From a virus, in IMG/VR virus record IMGVR_UViG_3300023174_005299, positions 8,512 through 72,511 of that record: a DNA stretch of 64,000 bases; one strand, written 5' to 3'. Below, piece by piece: positions 19,566 through 28,178 of the stretch. A model generated the notes under the pieces. The model was not told where the DNA came from, searched no databases, and worked only from the letters and a program-made list of their open reading frames with translations. Position 1 is the first letter of the stretch. Each line of letters begins with the position of its first letter. The position numbers and the translations under genes were made by a program.

Positions 19566-21101
19566 TTAGTGGAACATTAAGTAACTGTCGATCACATCCT
19601 TGCGATTGGCTGCACGATCTCCGGCACCGGGCTGTACAATAACATTCCACTTGGGTGCAGGACCCACCGGTGTTGCCAGCATTTGATCGTAGGTGATAAT
19701 TGACTTGGGATCAACCTGATATTGCTGTGCAAGACGTTGTTTAAATGTGTCAAGTGCTTCAGGACTGGCAAACTGTGTGCGGCCCTTGGCGTCTTTGATC
19801 AAACTGTTGCCGTTACGTGCAATCAAATCAAAAAACATGTTCTTGGGAACTGTAACACCTTGCTTGACTGTGGCTCCAGGATTTTGTTGTTTATAGAATT
19901 CCACTTTCTTTTCTTCGCCACGTTTACTACCTGATGAGAAGTTCATTGTAAAGTTTGCAGGTGACGCACCTGTGGCAACATCGCCCATCTTGGTGTAGGC
20001 ATAGAATTGTACATCAGGATTGGATTTAGCAACATCATAAGCAAGATCCAAGTATTCCTTACTGAAGAAGTCACCAGCATCGTGCCAACGCACAACTAGT
20101 TGAATACCAGCTTTGTCTGCTTTGGCTTTAATTGTTTTAATCTCTTGATTGACTCTGGCACTGTAACCTTCGGGATCATTCACCAAGAAATTTAGTGCTT
20201 GCGCCGCTGACATAGAGCTAGCAGGGAACATGACATAGCCACCCTTACGTGCATAGCAGAATAATTGGCAAGCACCAGCACCAGGACATGTAGTAATTTC
20301 CACAAAGTCACCGGTGTCTTCATCTACAACAATGCCACTCAGCGCCGGCAATGTCAAGTCATAAATGATTTCACCTTCAGTCTTGCTCTTTTCCATTTTG
20401 GCATTGGTACCAAGTATAGCTCGTGGGCGTGTAGTAATTTGACTAGCTAAGTCGTCTAAGTCCCACTCGGTGTTGTTATCGTCTTTGGTGATGGCTTTGA
20501 TGTTGCTGCCGTGAATAATTGGGGCAAACTTATCACGCTTGGTCTTTGTACCGGTCTTGATACGATTAGCATAGCCCTGCAATTCATCACGTGGTATTGT
20601 GCGTTGTGGTGCGTTGAGTTTGATTGCTTCCGCCACACCTTGCTCTTTTTTAACAACAAACGATATTTGTTTGTTTCCAGTGTTGGGATCTGTGTATACG
20701 CTCTTGAACACTCTACCGCCATGTTGTTTGGCATGAGCAAATGCTTCTTGTTTGTTGTCAAATCTGTTAGTAGGTGGCTTGATCATTGGGCTGGCTTCTT
20801 CGCCTATGCCACGAACAGCACGATCTAATCGCCATCTTTGTTGCGGTCCCAGCAAATGATTGTCTTCGGGTTTGGGACTATGGCCACCGTAACGACTTGG
20901 GTCAGCATGATGTCTTATACCTGTGGCAGTTTTTTCCACCGACCCTAGGTTAACTGGGGAATTATCTGGCGGAGAATTTGGTCCACGACGACCACTGTTG
21001 GCGTTGCCAGCTTCTTCAACACCTTGATCTTGAATGTTCAATACCTTGACTGGAAATCCACCCAGGGTTGTTTCTTTTAATATAAAATCGTGAGCTCTCA
21101 T
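19566..21101 (-). CDS. tagged modular protein with C-terminal GP88-like (Cys-rich) domain
   Basis: MRAHDFILKE start; QGVEE and QGVAE linkers; TCPGAGACQLFCYARKG and VRWHDAGDF motifs. Confidence 0.7.
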   Translation of the reverse strand: MRAHDFILKETTLGGFPVKVLNIQDQGVEEAGNANSGRRGPNSPPDNSPVNLGSVEKTATGIRHHADPSRYGGHSPKPEDNHLLGPQQRWRLDRAVRGIGEEASPMIKPPTNRFDNKQEAFAHAKQHGGRVFKSVYTDPNTGNKQISFVVKKEQGVAEAIKLNAPQRTIPRDELQGYANRIKTGTKTKRDKFAPIIHGSNIKAITKDDNNTEWDLDDLASQITTRPRAILGTNAKMEKSKTEGEIIYDLTLPALSGIVVDEDTGDFVEITTCPGAGACQLFCYARKGGYVMFPASSMSAAQALNFLVNDPEGYSARVNQEIKTIKAKADKAGIQLVVRWHDAGDFFSKEYLDLAYDVAKSNPDVQFYAYTKMGDVATGASPANFTMNFSSGSKRGEEKKVEFYKQQNPGATVKQGVTVPKNMFFDLIARNGNSLIKDAKGRTQFASPEALDTFKQRLAQQYQVDPKSIITYDQMLATPVGPAPKWNVIVQPGAGDRAANRKDVIDSYLMFH

Positions 21102-24100
21102 TTTGCTTTGATCTCTTTCAGTTGGTTTTGTAGTTTGGTCATCAATAACGGTGGGCTGCCATTATCATCAATTGCCCAACCCAATTTCTTGGCTTGTCGC
21201 TGTGTTTCGCCAGGCTTGATATCAACTGTTAGGCCTGACACATAACGTGGATCGTGCGCCAGTTTGCTGTCAACAGGAATAAAACCGGTGGCTTCTTTTA
21301 ACTGAACTGTTTTGGCACGGGCCGCCAGTTTTTCTGGCAAGGTAAATTCTGAATCAGGAGCAACACACACTGTGTCGACGCATTGATTGAGAACTTCGGT
21401 GGGCAAATCAATATAACTCAATGCACCACCATAGGCTTCTTGGAATGGCAAAGCAATGCCCACCAGGGAGTTGGTGAACGTTGGATTCTGTCCCACTTCA
21501 CCAGGGCGATTCCCCCTCCAAAGACGAGTCTGACCTGATGCAACTGCCGGTAATTGACTTTGAATTTTGTTTGCTTGAGCAACTAGACTGCGAATTCGCG
21601 GTGTGTTTGCATAGTCATGCCCGTCATGAGTTATTTTGCCTTCTTGCTGTTCGTTTGATCTGACATACACTTTTTGCGGCAGTTGTTTGTTGTCGTTATT
21701 ATATTTTGCCGGCTCACTGGATTTTTCTTTGTCAAAATACTTTCGCATCTCTGCTGAACTTGTCTTGGATTTTCTTTCACCGGGGGCCTTGGGCTTTGTT
21801 AAAAATCCAATTACACCTTCATCTGCAATATCTTCCGCTATTGGTTTTATTCTACTCAATTCGTACATGACTTTGTTGCCGGTTTCTGCACGGAACGCAC
21901 GGAAGCCCAAAGCCCTTGCATAACGCTGAACCAAACTGTCATACAGTCTTGCCCTGGTCATTGCTTTCCTTTGATCCTCATCTGGTTTAACTTCTTTTGA
22001 GGCTGAGAAATATATTTTATTGGGCTTGTATTTTCCTTTTGCACCAGGCACCCTGTCAGAAATAAATGTTTGAACAGCACTTAGCACAGTGGCAAATACA
22101 CGCTGTTGATCACCCTCACCTGTCTTTTCTTGACTGTTGTTTCTAAAGAACTCAACACTCCAGGCTTCCTCTTTTGTCTCTTGTTTAAATCCCTTGTTAA
22201 ACATAATGCTTAGAAAAGTTCCGTCATCTAATCGTGCTATTGCGTCTACATCACCGTGGTCACCCTTTTCCCACCGAAGTATTTTATAGGGTTGGTCCAA
22301 TGATTCATTTATAGATTCATCAAATCGCCAATTACCAGTAAAAAATGGATCATTAATGACTATCTCGCCATCACTGCCAAGCATAAAATTACCGCCATGC
22401 AAATCAAGTCTGTATCCCTTTCGGTCAGCAAGCTTATCCAGTTGCTCAATGGTGTTGGCCAACAACAGAAATTGTTGCCGCCCACCAACCAATGACATTA
22501 GTTTTCCTGTTTCTTGATCTCCGTGGCGTCTTAGGAATTTATTAACTCCACGGTCTGCACCATTGGACTGTATCAAACTTGCCAGTTGCCCTAGCCTGGA
22601 ACCAACCAGTATCAACCCAGACTTGCTAAGATCAAACATTCTTTCACAGTTGATCTGCAGATATCGTTTACCTTCAAAGTCAAAAGGTTCCCAGCCGCCA
22701 AACTGTGGCAAAAATGGATTGTTAGGCTTTGCCATGCAGTAATCGGCAAAGTCTTTGAAACTTTGTTGTCCTTGGGATAACTTACCGCCTGGACCGTAAC
22801 CGAATATTTTGAGAACAGTTCCGTCGGGTGCTAGATAGGCATCTTGGTCCTGACCTTTGCCCAAAAATGCGTAGCCTTTTTTTACAAGAATTGGTTGAAT
22901 GTTTTTGCTGATCTGAGCTTCGTCTATGCTTTGTTTATCTTCGTCAGTGGTTGATTCGGGCACCGCTTGCCCTTGGCGACGACGCAGATCATCTTTCATG
23001 CGCTGTAATAATTCTTCGCGAGCACCGGCAGCACCCATGTGCTTGATGGTCTGCGATGCACGCCCTATGGTTTGTATGTCCTTGACTGTTTGTCCAACAC
23101 CACTGGTGGTGGCGCAACCAGGTGTGCCAGCTATGCATGCTGCCGCGGCCACGGCTGCTAGTTGGTCTTTGACAGATTCTTCCAATGGAATATCTTTAAA
23201 AAATTCTGGGTACTGATCCACCCAATGACGCATGATACGGCCTGCCATGGCATTGGCCTCATCTTCGTGGGGTGATCCTGTTTCGCCTGCATCTACAGGC
23301 ATGGTGGCCAGTTCATCCTGACGAGCATGCGTGAGTTCGTGTGCTAGAGTACGCAGTATGTCCAAAGGATGTCGGTTACTTACTGCCAGGGTCACTGAAT
23401 ATGTGTCAGTGTCAAACTGACCAAACGTGCCGTGTCTACGTGTCCACTCAGGATCTTTTTTTATTATAATTTTTGGGGCTTGTTCAATACCAAGATATTC
23501 CATACAACTGTTTATGAATGGTTGCAGTATTTCTTTAATGTCACGGGGTTGTTGAGCTTCGGCTATGCTTTCGCTGACACCACCGTCATCGCCACTACCA
23601 CCGTCAAGCATGTTCAATGGACCAAAGCTGCCATACACAAATTTGGGTTTTTTGCGTTCTTTGAGACTTAGACTTTGGCTTTTGGCTGCTTGGCGTGCGG
23701 CTGTTAATCGATCCAATGTGCCGTTGTTTCTCAGCACTTTGAATGCTAGATTCTCGGGACTGAATTCACCAGTGTCTGCCAAACCAGCTTTGCGCATGTC
23801 TTTGATTTTGTCAGCAACTTGATCCATGCTGTCAAGGTCGCCACTTGCAATAGCCGAGTCAACTCGGTGTCCTAGATCTTCATACTTGCTCTTGACACTG
23901 ATGTCATTGATGCTGGGTTGACTACGTTTGGGTACGCTCAACCATTTGTTGTCGCGAATTGAATATATGCCTTGACTGACATGCGGCTGTTTGCTGTCTT
24001 GCACATACAACTCAATGTCATAAGGGCCAATTTTAAAATTGTACTCATCATTGTATTGATACTTCTTGGCATTGAACAGTTCTTGATATACAGGATCATC

Positions 24101-24361
24101 GGGAATGTCTACAACTAGGTGTAGGTCAATGTCGCTGTGTGGGGTATATGTGTAGGCAGCATTGCTGCCGCTCAGTGTTATATCTTTGAGTGCCAGGTCA
24201 TCTACACCCAGAAATTCTCGAAAATCATCTGCAATTTTCAGCAGATGATCTCGAACATCCAGGCGTAAATGTTGGTTAGACCCCCATAGTCGAGGGTTTA
24301 ACTCTTGGTTAAATTTAATTGCGTCACTGAGACGAAATGATTCTAGTTCGTTGATGTCCAT
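21098..24361 (-). CDS. polyvalent protein: nucleotidyltransferase + zincin peptidase + kinase + further domains
   Basis: SGSN...SDIDLH (Pol-beta NTase), AHELTH (HExxH), GKGQD..VLKI..DLHGGN..IND (kinase), RLWRG (possible ART). Confidence 0.8.
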   Translation of the reverse strand: MDINELESFRLSDAIKFNQELNPRLWGSNQHLRLDVRDHLLKIADDFREFLGVDDLALKDITLSGSNAAYTYTPHSDIDLHLVVDIPDDPVYQELFNAKKYQYNDEYNFKIGPYDIELYVQDSKQPHVSQGIYSIRDNKWLSVPKRSQPSINDISVKSKYEDLGHRVDSAIASGDLDSMDQVADKIKDMRKAGLADTGEFSPENLAFKVLRNNGTLDRLTAARQAAKSQSLSLKERKKPKFVYGSFGPLNMLDGGSGDDGGVSESIAEAQQPRDIKEILQPFINSCMEYLGIEQAPKIIIKKDPEWTRRHGTFGQFDTDTYSVTLAVSNRHPLDILRTLAHELTHARQDELATMPVDAGETGSPHEDEANAMAGRIMRHWVDQYPEFFKDIPLEESVKDQLAAVAAAACIAGTPGCATTSGVGQTVKDIQTIGRASQTIKHMGAAGAREELLQRMKDDLRRRQGQAVPESTTDEDKQSIDEAQISKNIQPILVKKGYAFLGKGQDQDAYLAPDGTVLKIFGYGPGGKLSQGQQSFKDFADYCMAKPNNPFLPQFGGWEPFDFEGKRYLQINCERMFDLSKSGLILVGSRLGQLASLIQSNGADRGVNKFLRRHGDQETGKLMSLVGGRQQFLLLANTIEQLDKLADRKGYRLDLHGGNFMLGSDGEIVINDPFFTGNWRFDESINESLDQPYKILRWEKGDHGDVDAIARLDDGTFLSIMFNKGFKQETKEEAWSVEFFRNNSQEKTGEGDQQRVFATVLSAVQTFISDRVPGAKGKYKPNKIYFSASKEVKPDEDQRKAMTRARLYDSLVQRYARALGFRAFRAETGNKVMYELSRIKPIAEDIADEGVIGFLTKPKAPGERKSKTSSAEMRKYFDKEKSSEPAKYNNDNKQLPQKVYVRSNEQQEGKITHDGHDYANTPRIRSLVAQANKIQSQLPAVASGQTRLWRGNRPGEVGQNPTFTNSLVGIALPFQEAYGGALSYIDLPTEVLNQCVDTVCVAPDSEFTLPEKLAARAKTVQLKEATGFIPVDSKLAHDPRYVSGLTVDIKPGETQRQAKKLGWAIDDNGSPPLLMTKLQNQLKEIKAK

Positions 24362-24381
24362 ACGAACTATATTTACCGCAA

Positions 24382-25254
24382 TTATTTTTTCTTAGTAGAT
24401 GTCTTGGGTTTGGCTTTTTTAGCTGGTTCGTCGCTAGCCAGTACCACTGGTTCATTGCTGGCCAACACCACTGGTTCTTGAACTGGTGTTGCAGGCGTTT
24501 GTGTCTTTTGTAAATTGGCGTCCATGGCTTGGAATGCACGATACAAGGGTTCTTGTGCCTGGAAGTCAAACACATAGCTGCCGGTGTGCTTGAGCAACAC
24601 ACGTTTGTCCACCCAGATTTTGCCACCGATGTCACGCCAGTTTTCACAGAACGTCCAGTCTTCACTGTAGTAGCGATTTTCACGCACAGCAGTGTCATAG
24701 TAAGTGCGCAAATGCTGGTCCAGTTCCTTGGGCAAGCCAATGTCATTGTTGAATGGCTTGACTGCGGGGTGGGCATTGAGTTTTTCAAACACATCGCGCT
24801 TGACCAACATAAAGCCGGTACCAGTCTTTGATACTTCTTGTAAGCCATCTTCGCCTTCTTCGGCGCCGTCAAACCCATTAACTACCCACTTAACTGGCAA
24901 GGTCTTCATGGGATACAATCCACCAATCACATCAACTTGGCGATTCAACATCACCAGCAGATGCCAAGGTTCCCAGCCAATGTCAGCATCGATGAACATC
25001 AAATGCGTTGAATCAGGATTGGCCAAAAACTTAGCCACTAGGGTATTACGTGCACGACTGATCAAACTTTCATTGGTCATGGTTTCCATGGTCCAGTCAA
25101 TGCCTAGTTGTCGGCATGTGTTGGCCCATTTGATGTAGCTCATGAATGTTGATTCAGTTAACATGCCACCATAACAGGGCATGCAGATGTGTACGCGAGT
25201 AGTGCGTAAGTAGTCGACGTTGACTTGAATTTGTTGTTGCTGTTGTTCGGACAT
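24382..25254 (-). CDS. GT-A fold glycosyltransferase-like protein
   Basis: ESLISRARN, LMFIDADI (DxD), GTGFMLV, SEDWTFC. Confidence 0.75.
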   Translation of the reverse strand: MSEQQQQQIQVNVDYLRTTRVHICMPCYGGMLTESTFMSYIKWANTCRQLGIDWTMETMTNESLISRARNTLVAKFLANPDSTHLMFIDADIGWEPWHLLVMLNRQVDVIGGLYPMKTLPVKWVVNGFDGAEEGEDGLQEVSKTGTGFMLVKRDVFEKLNAHPAVKPFNNDIGLPKELDQHLRTYYDTAVRENRYYSEDWTFCENWRDIGGKIWVDKRVLLKHTGSYVFDFQAQEPLYRAFQAMDANLQKTQTPATPVQEPVVLASNEPVVLASDEPAKKAKPKTSTKKK

Positions 25255-25434
25255 TGTTTCCTCGTAAAAAAATTGTGCAAATATTTAACAAGGTCGCCAA
25301 CCAGCGGTGATTTTTATGTGGGTATTTTGAGTCCAAGTCCGATTATTGGAGCATGGCGCACTGGGCGCGGTGTCATTTTTGTGAGTGGAGACCCGTGCTG
25401 TTGAGTCTTGGGCGCTCGTGTAGTGGATTGAGGT

Positions 25435-26469
25435 TTATTGGCTGGTTTCATCGATGTAATCGTTGTTCTCGCCAATGTCAATCTCACGGCCCCGGGCCAC
25501 TGGGCGTCGCCCTTGTTTTTGTCTAAAATCTTCAAGTCTAGCCAAGGCCTGCAATTTGCTCTGCATTGCGCCGGCCTTGTACAATACATGTTCAGCACCG
25601 CGATAATTGCCAGATTTTAACATCCCGATTATTTCTGCAAATTGTTTGGCCAGACTGGATTTCAATGTATCTTCAGTCCAAGTGCCAAGTCCGCCTGTGG
25701 GACGAATTAATTCGCCTTGATCAGGATCATTGACTAGTGTAGCCTCATCAACTGGTGATTGTTTCCTGACAATGTCGGCCATGGCCTTTTTGTTGAGATT
25801 TTTAGTTTCTGCTGGCGCTTGTTTGCTGTCAGTGCCCATGCCGTTGTCCATGAGCTTGACTGTGACGTCTGTGAGTCTTGGATTATTGGCTGTGGCTGGG
25901 TACATGATGTTAACCAACTGTGCTTTGGTAGCATCATCATAGTTGGCCCACTTGGCACGAATTTCACTGCCTGATGTCATGCCATTGAATTCATGCACAG
26001 GCAGGTACTTCAAATAACCGTGTTGACTCATTGGGGCAAGGCCATTGCGCTTGTAGTACTGCAACCAATCACTCACAGGTTGCCCTTTTCTAGCACCGCG
26101 AGTGACCAAGGGCAACTGCCCAGTTTTGGGATCTACTTCAGCCGGGAATGGTCCTTCGGGATCGGGTCCGTTTTTGGCATTCTTTTGACTCTTGACAAAT
26201 ATTAACTGTGTATCATTGTCGGGATAGTGGCTGGTGATTTCGTCGGGTTTAAACGGACTCTTAACTTGTATGAATCTATGTGGTGGCACACCGGCCAGTT
26301 GTGCTAGTTTTTTCTTGATAGCAAAAGGAAACGGTCGTTCACTGCGATCATCAGTGGCTGCAATATAAACATCAGCTGAAGGAAATGCTTCGACTGCTTT
26401 GTCATACAAAGCCTTGTGTCCTGCATGGAACGGGTGAAAACCACCGGGAATTATAACCAATTTTTTCAT
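25435..26469 (-). CDS. HxGH cytidylyltransferase-like protein with C-terminal extension
   Basis: PGGFHPFHAGH and SGSEIR motifs. Confidence 0.75.
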   Translation of the reverse strand: MKKLVIIPGGFHPFHAGHKALYDKAVEAFPSADVYIAATDDRSERPFPFAIKKKLAQLAGVPPHRFIQVKSPFKPDEITSHYPDNDTQLIFVKSQKNAKNGPDPEGPFPAEVDPKTGQLPLVTRGARKGQPVSDWLQYYKRNGLAPMSQHGYLKYLPVHEFNGMTSGSEIRAKWANYDDATKAQLVNIMYPATANNPRLTDVTVKLMDNGMGTDSKQAPAETKNLNKKAMADIVRKQSPVDEATLVNDPDQGELIRPTGGLGTWTEDTLKSSLAKQFAEIIGMLKSGNYRGAEHVLYKAGAMQSKLQALARLEDFRQKQGRRPVARGREIDIGENNDYIDETSQ

Positions 26470-26484
26470 ATTGATTATTTATGT

Positions 26485-26916
26485 TTAGATGTTTTCTAGG
26501 AACCAAATATAAACTGGGCTAGAGAATTTAAACTCTACTTTACCATTACAGCCCATGATACCGTATAATTTATCTTCTATGATGTCTGCATTTTCATCGT
26601 TGAAACTGTGATGATATGTGTTTAATTTGTAAAAAAGTTGAGTTGATTCCACACCTTCAAGGAAAATATCAAAGATTTCAATGACATGATCTTCGACAAT
26701 TACCCCGGCATCATCAACCACAGTGTGTTCACATGTTTTGCCACTTAGGAAAAATTCCACGACGTGATCTTGGTCATTTTCATCATCAAAACAGTGCTTG
26801 AAAGTGCGTTCGGCAGTGACTGCATCGGAGAATATCTCCTTGCCATCAAACACAAACTTAAAGTGCAGATCAGGGCTACAAGCCCTGACAGTGAACGTAA
26901 ACTCTGATTGGGTCAT
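26485..26916 (-). CDS. hypothetical protein
   Basis: 143 aa acidic ORF. Confidence 0.65.
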   Translation of the reverse strand: MTQSEFTFTVRACSPDLHFKFVFDGKEIFSDAVTAERTFKHCFDDENDQDHVVEFFLSGKTCEHTVVDDAGVIVEDHVIEIFDIFLEGVESTQLFYKLNTYHHSFNDENADIIEDKLYGIMGCNGKVEFKFSSPVYIWFLENI

Positions 26917-26919
26917 TGA

Positions 26920-27288
26920 TTAATATGAAAGCATGACTTTGGTAATTGTGCCAGTTTGGAAATCTTCAACTCTGGCACGTAGCCATGTAAAATTTCCTGT
27001 GACGTTTGCGCTAAAATTGTCAGTGGTGGTAGTTGTAGTGCTATCAAAATCATAGACTTGAAACCAATCTGCCTCCACAGCCGGGGTACTTTCTAAAGTG
27101 GCTTGTATGCGTATTCTACCTTCAAAACTCAGTAGAAAAAATGCAATAGTCTGCAGTCCCCCGTAGGCACCATAGTAGTTTGCTGCCTTTTGATCTTCGC
27201 CACTAAAGTCTTGACTAGACCCATCATAGTTGCCCGAAGGGGTTCCATAAGTGGTGGTTGGCAGCAGTTGTACTGTGGTGGTTTTCAT
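26920..27288 (-). CDS. hypothetical beta-rich protein (possibly structural)
   Basis: 122 aa, GNFTWLRA motif. Confidence 0.65.
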   Translation of the reverse strand: MKTTTVQLLPTTTYGTPSGNYDGSSQDFSGEDQKAANYYGAYGGLQTIAFFLLSFEGRIRIQATLESTPAVEADWFQVYDFDSTTTTTTDNFSANVTGNFTWLRARVEDFQTGTITKVMLSY

Positions 27289-27452
27289 CAGGCTTTGTCC
27301 GCTTCAACAACAACGCCTGCGCCTGCTAGCTCTTCGGCCACGCTTTGCAGAGCCGCAATGACATCAGCAGTGGCAATCTCGCCACCTGCATCACTGTCTT
27401 TGACCAATTTTGATAGTTTGATCACAACTATTTCTTCGTGTATTTTTGCCAT
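27288..27452 (-). CDS. 54 aa hypothetical protein (below ORF-track cutoff)
   Basis: MAKIHEEIVVIKLSKLVKD...VVVEADKA; TGA overlaps next ATG; TAAATA upstream. Confidence 0.7.
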   Translation of the reverse strand: MAKIHEEIVVIKLSKLVKDSDAGGEIATADVIAALQSVAEELAGAGVVVEADKA

Positions 27453-27458
27453 AGTAAA

Positions 27459-28178
27459 TTATTTAGTTAAGACTTGAATTGTTTTTCTAATTAATCCTGG
27501 GGTAATTAATTCCAACATTTGAGATATTGCATCATTGTTGTGATCAAAATAGTAGTGACGTGCCACTAGATTATAGTGCCTTACACCAGCACTACTGAGC
27601 CAGGATTTGAAACTGGGACCTAGATTGATCCCTTGTTGACTTGTCAGGTACGCTGCCAAGGACTTTTTGGCTTCTTGAGAAATCAAACGTTCTTTAAAGT
27701 ATGTTCGCCGAGTGTATTCACCAGTACCACGCACTGAATCAAAAGGTCTGTCAATTAACGCTTCGTGTACCACCTTGACATTGAAATCTTGAGCTGTTAG
27801 TTTGTCGACTTGTGTGATATCATTGGTGTAAACATAACACCAGTTTCTTGTGGTGGAAAATTTAAAATCTCCAGCTTGATTTTTGATCAAAGAATACAAC
27901 CTGCACAATCTTTGTTCTCGATTAGCAAGAGTGAGTTCGTCATTTTGATAAGGTCTTGGAATCGCCCAAGACCCACCATAGTTGATATCCGGCTGCCAGC
28001 CCAGGCGTTTGGAAATAGTGTCAGGCGCAGTATCAACGTCATTGGAGAACAACCCACGCAACACACTGCATCTAGGTTCATTGATTGAAATACTGTATTT
28101 GTATTTGTTAAAAAACAATCGATCTGTTGATTTTTTCTTATGCATCGGGATCAAGTTTTTCAAAAATAATGTAGCCAT
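27459..28178 (-). CDS. hypothetical protein
   Basis: 239 aa ORF overlapping the clpA end; start uncertain. Confidence 0.65.
   Translation of the reverse strand: MATLFLKNLIPMHKKKSTDRLFFNKYKYSISINEPRCSVLRGLFSNDVDTAPDTISKRLGWQPDINYGGSWAIPRPYQNDELTLANREQRLCRLYSLIKNQAGDFKFSTTRNWCYVYTNDITQVDKLTAQDFNVKVVHEALIDRPFDSVRGTGEYTRRTYFKERLISQEAKKSLAAYLTSQQGINLGPSFKSWLSSAGVRHYNLVARHYYFDHNNDAISQMLELITPGLIRKTIQVLTK

Noticed and set aside
24324-25598. Alternative-frame ORFs 24324..24878 and 25314..25598
   Set aside because: Overlap well-supported genes, with no RBS or recognisable motifs
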